32,000 bases of DNA from Candidatus Peribacter riflensis. Lineage in GTDB: Bacteria > Patescibacteriota > Gracilibacteria > Peribacterales > Peribacteraceae. Of the stretch, positions 21,849-30,507 are shown in pieces. Position numbers and translations under genes: made by a program. The first letter of the stretch is position 1, and each line of letters starts with the position of its first letter. Under the pieces are notes generated by a model. That model was not told the origin of the DNA and ran no database searches. It worked only from the letters and a program-made list of their open reading frames with translations. Location of the stretch: the NCBI GenBank assembly GCA_001430755.1, contig CP013062.1, positions 840,001 to 872,000 of the forward strand, given 5' to 3'.

Positions 21849-24532
21849 TGGACACGACCGCGCATGCCATCTGGCATACCCTCACGACAGAACAGACACT
21901 GGAGGCGCTGCACACGCCCGTGCAGAGCGGCCTGAGTGACGCAGAGGCAAAACGCCGGCTGCAGGAGTACGGCCCAAACGAACTGAAGAAAGTGGATGGC
22001 ATCTCTGCCTGGAGCATCCTGCTGGAACAATTGAAGAACGTGCTCATCATCATCCTCTTTATCGCCATCGTCCTCTCGGCGGTTCTGGGACACGAGATCG
22101 AGGCCATCACCATCGGAGTCATCGTCGTCTTTGCGGTACTGCTGGGATTCGTGCAGGAGTACAAAGCAGAACGCGCCATCGAGGCGCTTCGCAAAATGGC
22201 CGCACCCCTCGCAACCGTGCTCCGGGGCGGGGAGGAGAAAGAGATCCCGGCGAAAGAGATTGTTCCGGGTGATGTGATCTTTCTCGTCGCGGGCAATCGC
22301 GTCCCTGCGGACGGGCGCGTCGTGAAGAGCGTGAACCTGCACGCAGATGAAGCGCCGCTGACCGGCGAATCCATCCCGGTCGCGAAGACCGATACGGCTA
22401 TCACAAAAGAAGATCTGCCTGTCGGGGACCGCCACAACATGATCTTTGCCGGCACCGCCATCACCTACGGACGCGGCACAATGGTGGTCACGTCGAGCGG
22501 CATGCAGACCGAGTTCGGCAAGATCGCCCTTCTGCTCCAGACAGTAAAAGAGGATGCCACTCCCCTGCAGCGCAACCTCGATAAAGTGGGCAAACGTCTT
22601 GCCCAGTGGGCCGCCGGAGTCGTGGTGCTCATCGCCGGTGCGGGAATCTTGCGCGGTCAACCGATCCTCGACATGGTGATCTTCGGCGTGGCGCTGGCAG
22701 TTGCCGTGGTGCCGGAGGCATTGCCGGCCGTGGTGACGATTTCGCTCGCCATCGGTGTGCAGCGCATGGTGAAGCGCCATGCCCTGGTCCGACGCCTGCC
22801 GGCAGTGGAAACACTGGGGAGCACCTCTGTGATCTGCTCCGACAAGACCGGCACCCTCACGAAAGACGAGATGACCGCCCGCCGCATCTGGGCCGCAGGC
22901 GAAACGTACGACATCACAGGCAGCGGCTATGATCCGCAGGGAGAATTCCGTAAGCAGGAGGGCCACATCGCTCCCCCTGCCGCCCTGCGCGAATTGCTGC
23001 ACGCCGCCGTGCTCGCTTCGGATACGCGCCTCGTGCATGGAGAGGGCGGGATCTGGGAGATCAAAGGTGATCCCACCGAAGGGGCCCTCGTGGTCGCTGC
23101 GGCGAAGGCAGGCATCCACAAAGATCAGGAGGACGAAGCGTTTCCACGCACCGCGGAAGTCCCCTTCACCTCCGAATCGAAACGCATGGTGACCCTGCAC
23201 CGGACCCCGCAAGGCTTCATGGCCTATGCGAAGGGCGCTCCGGAGGTGATCGTGGAATCGTGCACAGCGATCCGCACTCCGGAGGGTACGACCCCGTTTT
23301 CGCTGGAAGAGAAAGCCCGGATACTCGACGTGGCGAGAGGGATGGCCGATGACGCGCTCCGTCTGATCGCCATCGCATCCAAAGAAACAAACGACATCGG
23401 TAGCGCGGAACACGGCATGACCTTCTTGGGATTAGTGGGCATGATCGATCCGCCGCGCCCAGAAGCCCGCACCGCCGTGCGCCGCTGCGAAGAAGCTGGC
23501 ATCCGCGTGGTCATGATCACGGGGGATCACCCCATTACCGCGCAAGCGGTAGCGAAGGAACTGGGAATCCTGCGCGGCAATCGCGTGCTCACCGGCGATG
23601 AACTGGATGCCATGAACGAAGAGGAGCTTGATTCGGTGATTGGAAAAATCGACGTCTTCGCGCGCGTCTCTCCGGCCCACAAACTGAAGCTGGTCACCGT
23701 CCTGCAGAAACACGGCCGCATCGTGGCGATGACGGGAGACGGCGTGAATGACGCACCTGCGCTCAAGAAAGCGGACGTGGGCATCGCCATGGGCATCTCG
23801 GGCACTGATGTGAGCCGCGAGGCCGCAGACATAACGCTGACGGACGACAACTTCGCCTCCATCGTGGCCGCCGTGGAGGAAGGCCGCGCCATTTTCGGCA
23901 ACATCAAGAAGTACCTGATGTACCTGCTCTCCTCCAATGTCGGAGAACTCTGCCTGATGGTCGGCGCAAGCGTGTTCGGCACAGCACTGCCGCTGGGGGC
24001 CGTGCAGATCCTGTACGTGAACCTGGCCACGGACGGCCTGCCCGCTCTTGCTCTCGCCGTGGATCCGCCGGAAGGCGATCTCATGCGTCGTCCGCCGCGC
24101 GACCCCAGGGGAAACATCTTCAACCGACCGGTGGTCTTTCTCATGCTGCTCGGGGGCATCTGGTCTGCAGTCGTGAATCTCTCCCTCTTTGTCTGGGCAT
24201 CCGCTTCGGGCCGACCTGCGGCAGAGGCGATGACCATGACCTTCCTCTCGCTCGTGCTCATTCAGTTCTTTAAAGCCTACAATTTCCGGTCTGACCGGCT
24301 CTCGGTGCTGCACCGTCCGTTCGCCAATCATTGGCTCAACATCGCCATCTTCTGGGAGGCCCTCCTGCTCATTGCCATCGTGTACTGGCCGCCCCTGCAG
24401 AAACCATTCGGCACCTTTGCCGTAACAGCACAGGACTGGACGATCATCTGCATCCTCGCCGTGTCGGTGATCCCCGTGTTGGAAACCGGCAAATGGATGG
24501 TACGCAGAGAGATGCTTGGATTACACGCATGA
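21848..24532 (+). CDS. P-type cation-transporting ATPase, P2 (Ca2+-ATPase-like), 894 aa
   Basis: Motifs: [18 protein letters not shown] (PEGLP-type), [39 protein letters not shown]. The ATG overlaps the SDR stop (TAATG), which suggests translational coupling. Confidence 0.95.
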   Translation: MDTTAHAIWHTLTTEQTLEALHTPVQSGLSDAEAKRRLQEYGPNELKKVDGISAWSILLEQLKNVLIIILFIAIVLSAVLGHEIEAITIGVIVVFAVLLGFVQEYKAERAIEALRKMAAPLATVLRGGEEKEIPAKEIVPGDVIFLVAGNRVPADGRVVKSVNLHADEAPLTGESIPVAKTDTAITKEDLPVGDRHNMIFAGTAITYGRGTMVVTSSGMQTEFGKIALLLQTVKEDATPLQRNLDKVGKRLAQWAAGVVVLIAGAGILRGQPILDMVIFGVALAVAVVPEALPAVVTISLAIGVQRMVKRHALVRRLPAVETLGSTSVICSDKTGTLTKDEMTARRIWAAGETYDITGSGYDPQGEFRKQEGHIAPPAALRELLHAAVLASDTRLVHGEGGIWEIKGDPTEGALVVAAAKAGIHKDQEDEAFPRTAEVPFTSESKRMVTLHRTPQGFMAYAKGAPEVIVESCTAIRTPEGTTPFSLEEKARILDVARGMADDALRLIAIASKETNDIGSAEHGMTFLGLVGMIDPPRPEARTAVRRCEEAGIRVVMITGDHPITAQAVAKELGILRGNRVLTGDELDAMNEEELDSVIGKIDVFARVSPAHKLKLVTVLQKHGRIVAMTGDGVNDAPALKKADVGIAMGISGTDVSREAADITLTDDNFASIVAAVEEGRAIFGNIKKYLMYLLSSNVGELCLMVGASVFGTALPLGAVQILYVNLATDGLPALALAVDPPEGDLMRRPPRDPRGNIFNRPVVFLMLLGGIWSAVVNLSLFVWASASGRPAAEAMTMTFLSLVLIQFFKAYNFRSDRLSVLHRPFANHWLNIAIFWEALLLIAIVYWPPLQKPFGTFAVTAQDWTIICILAVSVIPVLETGKWMVRREMLGLHA

Positions 24533-24533
24533 G

Positions 24534-25001
24534 TTATGCGTGGTGGTACCCGCTCCCCTTATTGATCTCGGTAACCCGGTAGAGCTGCTCGAGAAAGATC
24601 AGTCGGCAGAGCTCGTGCGGGAATGTCATGTCCGAGAGTTTCAGAACCCGATGGGCCCGCTTGCGGATGGGATCGGTGAGCCCGTACGCACCACCCAGGA
24701 CGAAAATGATGGTGCGCCCTGTGTCGCGCAAGGCTCCGAGGGAAGACGCGAAGGCCGGGGATGTCTGGGCTTTGCCCGATTCATCGAGCACCCACACGTC
24801 GCCCTCACGCTTTTCGAGTGCCGCAAGAATCCGCTGAGACTCCTCTTCTCTCTGTTTTGCAGGATCCGTCTGCTTGCTCGCAGGCACCTCGATTACTTCC
24901 ATGCGCACGGCGTGGCCGAGCCGCTCCAGAAAGTGCGCGCACCCTTCGGCGATCCACTTTGTCTTGATCGGGCCGACACAGAGGAGGGTGATACGGTGCA
25001 T
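24534..25001 (-). CDS. rlmH: 23S rRNA (pseudouridine1915-N3)-methyltransferase RlmH
   Basis: 155 aa. ITLLCVGPIKTKWIAEGCAHFLERL.....LDESGKAQTSPAFA....IIFVLGGAYGLTDPI..RAH..LKLSDMTFPHEL.RLIFLEQLYR is the SPOUT/RlmH signature. Confidence 0.9.
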   Translation of the reverse strand: MHRITLLCVGPIKTKWIAEGCAHFLERLGHAVRMEVIEVPASKQTDPAKQREEESQRILAALEKREGDVWVLDESGKAQTSPAFASSLGALRDTGRTIIFVLGGAYGLTDPIRKRAHRVLKLSDMTFPHELCRLIFLEQLYRVTEINKGSGYHHA

Positions 25002-25007
25002 AGTTTC

Positions 25008-25013
25008 ATTCTA
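25008..25013 (-). promoter_or_regulatory. -10 box TAGAAT, 6 nt upstream of the rlmH ATG (leaderless arrangement)
   Basis: The minus strand reads GTCGTAGAATGAAACTATG. Confidence 0.45.
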
Positions 25014-25086
25014 CGACAGAAATCAGCCAATCATCAGAAAACAAAAAAGAACACGCACATAAACAGAAAATAACAACATACGGGGT

Positions 25087-25250
25087 GGGGCGCGACACGG
25101 GGGGTGAAGGGGAAGGCCCTGCCATGCCGCAGCATGCCGACGAGGCGGATCCGAAGCCCTGGAGGATCCGACGAGGAGGCACGGGGCCGGGCGGAGAGGC
25201 GTTGGCGCGCCAGCGTTTTGGCTCCACCTTTGTCGCGACAAAGGTGGAAA
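25087..25250 (+). repeat. copy B of the ~170-bp GC-rich structured repeat
   Basis: See copy A. The palindrome CCACCTTTGTCGCGACAAAGGTGG is at 25224..25247. The first hairpin is replaced by CATGC-cgca-GCATG. Confidence 0.85.
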
Positions 25251-25318
25251 TCTACTTCCTCTGCAGCAAACTCACCCCCGTACCACTCGCACTGCGTGCT
25301 CGGGTGCGGGGCAGGCGC

Positions 25319-26860
25319 CTATTTTCTTTGAAGGAGTGAGACTGCTTCAATATGCGCCGTATGCGGAAAGAGGTCCACCGGCTGCACGGTCCGGAGCTCG
25401 TAGCCGGATTTGAGAAACTCTCCCAGATCGCGCGCGAACGTGGCCATGTTGCACGAGACGTAGACGATCTTGTCGGGCTTGTGGGCGGCCACCGCCTCGC
25501 GCGCATCGGGGTGCAGCCCCGCACGCGGGGGATCGACAATAATCGTATTGAACTTGTATTTGGACCCCGGCTTCAGCTGGTCATTCAGCACCTGTTCGGT
25601 GCGCCCGCGGTAGAAGCTGATATTGCCGATGCGATTTTTGCCGGCGCTCTTGAGCGCGTCTTCGATGGCCGAGGGATGACTCTCGATCCCCACGACCTTC
25701 TCGCAGAAACGCGAGAGGTACTGGCCGATAGCCCCCATGCCGCAGTAGGCGTCGAGCACGGTATCGCGGGGGCTCAAGTCCGCCGCCTGGGCGATGGCCT
25801 GATAGAGCTTCTCGGCACCGAGCGTGTTGGTCTGGAAGAAGGAGAAGGGCGAAATCTCGAACGAGAGGTCAAAGAGCTTCTCGGTGATGGTGGGCTTGCC
25901 CGTGAGACAGTGGATCTTGGGCGTCTCGGGTTTGTCATTGAGCCCCAGATGCTCGACCACGAGCAGCGAGGCCAGACCCGAGCGTCCGCCGAACCGCATG
26001 AAGTACTGAAAGAGCGGCTCGAGTTCCTTTTTGCGCGCGTTCACGAGAAAAGCGATCATCTGCTCGCCCGTGTTGACGCCGCGACGGAGCAGGAGGATAC
26101 GGAGCATCCCCCGGTGCGTCTTGGGGTTGAAGACCGGCAGCTTGGTCTCGCGCATGAAGCGCTGCACATCCATGAGCAGAGTCGGCAATTGTTCGTCGTA
26201 CAGATGGCACTCTGAAACGGGCAGGATCGTGGACCACTGGTTGGGCAGGTGGAATCCGATAGACGGATTCTCATCAATGTACTGGCGACGCCCGTTCTTT
26301 TCTTCGGAGCGCATCGACTCGAAGCCGAATGTCAACTCCAGCTTGTTGCGGTAGTGAAAGACCTGGGGACTGGGAATGATCTTCAGCACGCGGCCGGCCA
26401 GCGTCGCGCGGACAGCGGGATCCGCGGGGGTGAGGTGCGACAGGGTCTCGCGCACGATCTCCTCCTTATACTCGATCTGCTTCACGTACGAGAGCTGCTG
26501 CCAGACGCAGCCGCCGCACGCGTGACAGTGCTGGCACCGCGGCATCACTTCATCTTTCGAGCGCTTGAGCACCTTTTCCAGTTTCGCCTCGGCGAAGCTG
26601 CCGCGGTTCTTTACGATGACGATCTCCGCCTTCTGCCCGGGGAGAGCCCCCGTGACGAAGACCGGCAGCGTCTCGATATGGGTGAGCCCCGCACCGCCGT
26701 GCGTCAGTTTTTCGATCGTCACCGTGTACCGCTGGCCCTGCCGCGCAGCAGATCCCGGAACACTGCCCTGTACGGAGGGCTCCTGTGACGAGGAAGCCTC
26801 TGGAGACGATTCATGACCAGATTGGGGCCCATTGCCCTCTGGTGCGTGGGATGTTGACAT
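25319..26860 (-). CDS. TRAM-domain SAM-dependent RNA (uracil-5-)-methyltransferase, RumA/RlmD/TrmA family
   Basis: Track ORF 25319..26908. I prefer ATG 26860 (MSTSHAPEGN), downstream of the TATACT box at 26880..26875. It has a TRAM-like YTVTIEKLTHGGAGL...GQKAEIVIVK..GSFAEAKL and a Cys cluster CQHCHACGGC. The SAM-binding motif is VLDAYCGMGAIG and the C-terminal catalytic region is IIVDPPRAG...YVSCN. Confidence 0.9.
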   Translation of the reverse strand: MSTSHAPEGNGPQSGHESSPEASSSQEPSVQGSVPGSAARQGQRYTVTIEKLTHGGAGLTHIETLPVFVTGALPGQKAEIVIVKNRGSFAEAKLEKVLKRSKDEVMPRCQHCHACGGCVWQQLSYVKQIEYKEEIVRETLSHLTPADPAVRATLAGRVLKIIPSPQVFHYRNKLELTFGFESMRSEEKNGRRQYIDENPSIGFHLPNQWSTILPVSECHLYDEQLPTLLMDVQRFMRETKLPVFNPKTHRGMLRILLLRRGVNTGEQMIAFLVNARKKELEPLFQYFMRFGGRSGLASLLVVEHLGLNDKPETPKIHCLTGKPTITEKLFDLSFEISPFSFFQTNTLGAEKLYQAIAQAADLSPRDTVLDAYCGMGAIGQYLSRFCEKVVGIESHPSAIEDALKSAGKNRIGNISFYRGRTEQVLNDQLKPGSKYKFNTIIVDPPRAGLHPDAREAVAAHKPDKIVYVSCNMATFARDLGEFLKSGYELRTVQPVDLFPHTAHIEAVSLLQRK

Positions 26861-26874
26861 TACTCCGAAAAAGT

Positions 26875-26880
26875 AGTATA
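26875..26880 (-). promoter_or_regulatory. -10 box TATACT for the RNA methyltransferase gene; the overlapping TATAAA on the plus strand may serve the divergent gene
   Basis: The 42-bp divergent interval 26861..26902 is the only AT-rich patch here (AAGTAGTATAAATAAC). Confidence 0.4.
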
Positions 26881-26902
26881 AATAACACCTTTTTGCCTTC
26901 AC

Positions 26903-27850
26903 GTGCAAGGAAGAGCCCTTCTACTCATCGGCGTCGTCCTCACGATCAGCAATGCATCCGGCTCTACCGGAGCCTCAGTGAGCTTAGCAGAAGAGACCCC
27001 TTCTGCAAGAGAGGATGTGCCCGGAACAGCTGTCAACCTCGTCGCGTTGCTCCCCATTCCTGATACGGAACACGAGGCGCGCCGGACTTCGCGTCTGCTG
27101 CCGAAGTACACCACCTGGCGGGCGATCACGGTGCCCGAACGCGCCGCTCCCGTTGCGGCTCCGGTGCCCGCGCCTGTCCCGGTCCCCGCACCCAAGCGGA
27201 TATTTCTGGCGGTCGTGGATCAGCCGGATATCCAGGAACGACACAAGATCATCGCCGACGAGGTGCTCCGCCTGCTCCCCGTCCACTGCCAGAAGCAACT
27301 GCAGAATTTCTACGTGCGTTACGAGAAACCGGAACGCCGCGGGCTCGCCGGCAAGAGCACCATCATTCTGGATGGCACGCTGCCGGATGACGAGTTCCGC
27401 GCAGTGCTGATTCACGAAGCGCTTGGTCATGTCTTCGACTTGGGCTGCCTCGCGGGCTCCCCCACCTCCGGCGCCAGCGTCTTCAAGGACGGCAACGAAA
27501 CGATCTTCCGCGATGACCCCAGCCTCGCCTTCTACCGGATCTCGTGGACGAACAGTACGACCCGGCGCAATGGGATGACCGACACGGACTTCGTGAGCGG
27601 ATACGCATCTTCAGATCCCTTCGAAGACCTGGCAGAGAGCGCCATCTACTACCTGCTGCATCACCAGACATTCACCGAGCGTGCACGGCAGAACAGCGTG
27701 CTGGCCATGAAGCTGAAATGGTTGCAGACCTTCCTGCCGGTGCAGCCGGTGCACAGCGTAACGGCCGACACCTGGAACGGCCAACTGCCGTGGGATGCCA
27801 CGAAGCTGGCCTACACGTGGCAGAATCCTTCGATGGTGGCGGGGCAGTAG
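26903..27850 (+). CDS. secreted putative zinc metallopeptidase (HExxH), 315 aa
   Basis: GTG start. Signal-like N-terminus (RALLLIGVVLTISNASG), a Pro/Val/Ala repeat, then LIHEALGHVFD (HExxH) and a downstream DPFEDLAES that could supply a third ligand. Family not identified. Confidence 0.7.
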   Translation: MQGRALLLIGVVLTISNASGSTGASVSLAEETPSAREDVPGTAVNLVALLPIPDTEHEARRTSRLLPKYTTWRAITVPERAAPVAAPVPAPVPVPAPKRIFLAVVDQPDIQERHKIIADEVLRLLPVHCQKQLQNFYVRYEKPERRGLAGKSTIILDGTLPDDEFRAVLIHEALGHVFDLGCLAGSPTSGASVFKDGNETIFRDDPSLAFYRISWTNSTTRRNGMTDTDFVSGYASSDPFEDLAESAIYYLLHHQTFTERARQNSVLAMKLKWLQTFLPVQPVHSVTADTWNGQLPWDATKLAYTWQNPSMVAGQ

Positions 27851-27872
27851 CGACCAGCTATAAGCTAGGACT

Positions 27873-28682
27873 ATGCGCCCGCGTCTGCTGCTGCTGCTCT
27901 GGCTCCTCACCGATCTCCTGTTATTCGTCGCGCTCTACGCGGTGGCGTACTTCATCCGTGTGGGATGGATCTTCTCCAGCAACTTCCCGTTTGCGCCGTT
28001 CTTCACCACGACCGTCACCGTGGCGCCGCTCTGGCTCCTGGTCCTGGCCACCACGCGCACCTTCGCCCTCACCAGAAACCAGCGCACGCTGCGCAATGCC
28101 GCCTACATCGCCTACGCCGCTCTCGTCGGCGTGGCCCTCTTCACGCTCGCCTACTACTTCCGCTTCAAAGACTCCTTCCAGGGCGTGAGCCGGCTGCTGC
28201 TGCTCGAAGCCTTCGTGCTCACGGCTGGCGGCACCTGGCTCTGGCATCTCGTGTTTGACACGTTCCGCCGGATGATTCTGCGGCGCTTCCCCCCCAGTTT
28301 CCCCACGCTCATCATCGGCGTCACGCGCGAGGCGCAGGCGCTCATTGCGCAGCTCCGCCAGCATCGTAATCCCCTCGTGCCCGTCGCCATCTTGGACGGC
28401 CACGGCTCACAAGAGCGCGAGATCCACGGCGTGCCCGTACTCGGCAAACTCGACCGGCTGGAAGAGATCCTCGTCGAGAAACGCATCACACACCTCATCC
28501 AGTGCAGCGATCTGGAGCAAACCTTGAACCTTCTCAGTGCCTGTCAGCGACGCTCGATCACCTACATGCTGTTGCCGTCCGTGCTGGGTATCGTGGAGCG
28601 GGATGAGCGCGTGGAATCGCTGGAGGGGCACCCGGTCACGGTGGTGGCGCCAGAGAAGCGGGGAGGGTGGTTCTTCCGGTGA
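27873..28682 (+). CDS. N-terminal (TM + Rossmann-like) module of a WbaP-type polyprenyl-phosphate sugar phosphotransferase; catalytic domain absent
   Basis: Four to five TM helices, then PTLIIGVTREAQALIAQL....LVPVAILD........IHGVPVLGKLDRLEEILVEKRITHLI, as in exopolysaccharide PGTs. The ORF stops (..APEKRGGWFFR*) exactly where the conserved C-terminal sugar-transferase domain normally begins. Confidence 0.65.
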   Translation: MRPRLLLLLWLLTDLLLFVALYAVAYFIRVGWIFSSNFPFAPFFTTTVTVAPLWLLVLATTRTFALTRNQRTLRNAAYIAYAALVGVALFTLAYYFRFKDSFQGVSRLLLLEAFVLTAGGTWLWHLVFDTFRRMILRRFPPSFPTLIIGVTREAQALIAQLRQHRNPLVPVAILDGHGSQEREIHGVPVLGKLDRLEEILVEKRITHLIQCSDLEQTLNLLSACQRRSITYMLLPSVLGIVERDERVESLEGHPVTVVAPEKRGGWFFR

Positions 28683-28799
28683 GTAGAGGCAACGAGGGAG
28701 CTCGGGAAGTAGGGAAATGGGCACATACTGAGCATGCGCATGAGAAATGCCTAGTTCCCTAATTCCCTATTTCCCAATTTCCCTAACGCTCCACTCAAG

Positions 28800-28805
28800 T
28801 ATTCT
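28800..28805 (+). promoter_or_regulatory. -10-like box TATTCT, 6 nt upstream of ATG 28812 (leaderless arrangement)
   Basis: Sequence CAAGTATTCTATAGGCATG. Confidence 0.35.
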
Positions 28806-28811
28806 ATAGGC

Positions 28812-29768
28812 ATGCACGCCTTTATCTTAGCAGGTGGGTTTGCCACGCGGCTCTGGCCACTGACCGAAAAGCGCGCCAAGCCGCTCCTGCCGCTCGCAGG
28901 CAAACCCCTCATCGATCACCTGCTCGAGCAGTTGCCCGCAGAGATGCCCGTAACCGTGAGTATCAACGCGGCCTTCGAAGAGAGCTTCGCCCGCTGGAAA
29001 GCCGGGAATGACCATGGGAATACAGAGATTCTGATTGAGCAGGCACGCAAAGATACCGAGAAGCTGGGTGCCCTCGGCGCGGTAGCCCAGTGGATCACAC
29101 AACGGAACATCACGGAGGACGTGCTGCTCCTCACCGGAGACAACTACTGCGGCTTCTCGATTCAGGACCTGTTGCTTCACCGCAGTCCCGGCACGCCCAT
29201 TCTTGCGGCGCATGACCTGCAGAATCTGCAACGCGCCCGGCACTTCGGCACGATCGTCCCCGCCACCGACGGACAGCACGTGGCTGCCTTCGAGGAAAAA
29301 CCTGCGCACCCCCAGAGCACGCTCGTGAGCACAGGGGTTTCTCTGCTCCCTGCTGCGCATCTGCCCATTGTGGTGGAATTCGCCCGGACACATCCGGACA
29401 ACGTGGGAGGAATCTTCGAGGAATTTCTGCGGCGGAATATTCCGGTGCAGTTTCGCGCGTACACGGAACCGTGGTTCGACATCGGTTCCTTCGAGGCATA
29501 CCTGGAGGCCTCGCGTGCGCTCGTCGGCAATCGCCTCCTCCTCGGCAAGGGATCAACCTGCACACAAACGGAGACGGAGGGACCCGTGGTGCTGGGCAAT
29601 CATTCCGTCGTCCGCGGCAGCACACTCAGGAATGTCATGCTCTTCGAGCACTGCATCGTCGAAGACTGCATTCTGGAAGACTGTATCCTCGATGACCACT
29701 GCACACTGCAGGGGATCGATCTCTCGCGGCAAATGCTGCGGGAAGGCACTGTTCTCGAGCGAAAATAA
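28812..29768 (+). CDS. sugar-phosphate nucleotidyltransferase with C-terminal left-handed beta-helix
   Basis: MHAFILAGGFATRLWPLTEKRAKPLLPLAGKPLIDH is the NTP-transferase signature G-x-G-x-R-L. The C-terminal hexapeptide repeats are VMLFEHCIVEDCILEDCILDDHC. Confidence 0.85.
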   Translation: MHAFILAGGFATRLWPLTEKRAKPLLPLAGKPLIDHLLEQLPAEMPVTVSINAAFEESFARWKAGNDHGNTEILIEQARKDTEKLGALGAVAQWITQRNITEDVLLLTGDNYCGFSIQDLLLHRSPGTPILAAHDLQNLQRARHFGTIVPATDGQHVAAFEEKPAHPQSTLVSTGVSLLPAAHLPIVVEFARTHPDNVGGIFEEFLRRNIPVQFRAYTEPWFDIGSFEAYLEASRALVGNRLLLGKGSTCTQTETEGPVVLGNHSVVRGSTLRNVMLFEHCIVEDCILEDCILDDHCTLQGIDLSRQMLREGTVLERK

Positions 29769-29819
29769 GGCCGTAACGCGTTTGCGGGCAGCAGTCGGCT
29801 TCCCTACACTCAGCAGGCT

Positions 29820-30479
29820 ATGCGGCGATTTCTTCCGTACGTGTTTCTGCTCCTCACCCTCACAGGGTGCGGCGCATCGACGGTACAACTGAAAGCTCTG
29901 GTCACGGCAGAGGACCCCACACTGCGTTCTCAATGGTTGGAGGCCGGCAAGCGCGTGATCGAACGGCGCCTCAGCCGTTGGGAGAACGGCCCCGACCCGC
30001 AAGTAACGGTTGAGGAGCTGTCAGACGGATCGGTCCTCTTCTCGTTCCGCACGCAGAATACGGAAGCGCGTGAAACAATGACACAGGAACTGCTGACACC
30101 TTTCTCGCTCCGGGTCATGCTCGCCAGCACGGATGACACAGGCGATCTCTTTGTAGAGGAGCAGGGATGGTTCAATGATACGGGGCTCACCCAAGCCCAT
30201 ATCCTCTGGACGGAATCGGCCGCGGATCAGGATGGCAAGGGTGTGGTGCGGCTCGTATTCTCGGAGGAGGGACGTGCTCTGCTCAGGGACGTATTCCAGA
30301 AGAACCCCGCAGGGATCCTGGGCCTCTTCGTCCGTGACAAGCTCATGTCCAAAATGCAGATTGAAAGTTCAGAACCGAAGGAAGAAATCACGATTACGGG
30401 TATCCCGGTCCCGGATCTTGCTGCTATCTTCGCCGACGACGTGAACGTCGGCACACACATCACGTTCTCTCTTCCTTAA
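29820..30479 (+). CDS. lipoprotein, 219 aa, possibly SecD-P1-like
   Basis: MRRFLPYVFLLLTLTGC has a lipobox (LTGC). RVIERRLSRWENGPDPQVTVEELSDGSVLFSFR loosely resembles the SecD motif (R.N.LGV.E..V...G..R..VE.PG) found in the next gene. This resemblance is a weak inference. Confidence 0.75.
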   Translation: MRRFLPYVFLLLTLTGCGASTVQLKALVTAEDPTLRSQWLEAGKRVIERRLSRWENGPDPQVTVEELSDGSVLFSFRTQNTEARETMTQELLTPFSLRVMLASTDDTGDLFVEEQGWFNDTGLTQAHILWTESAADQDGKGVVRLVFSEEGRALLRDVFQKNPAGILGLFVRDKLMSKMQIESSEPKEEITITGIPVPDLAAIFADDVNVGTHITFSLP

Positions 30480-30507
30480 ATCTCCTTCCTATCCTCACCT
30501 TCGCATC

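Noticed and set aside
21797-23413. 538-aa minus-strand ORF, the longest unexplained ORF in the track
   Set aside because: It is entirely antisense to the P-type ATPase, whose motifs ([18 protein letters not shown]) are unambiguous. The translation is Arg/His/Asp/Gly-rich with no motifs, so it is a typical high-GC shadow ORF.
20849-25250. The two 170-bp repeats as boundaries of a mobile element or CRISPR-like array
   Set aside because: They are direct repeats 4.2 kb apart, enclosing housekeeping-type genes (SDR, ATPase, rlmH). There is no transposase, integrase or cas gene, and no short regular spacing, so nothing supports a composite transposon or CRISPR.
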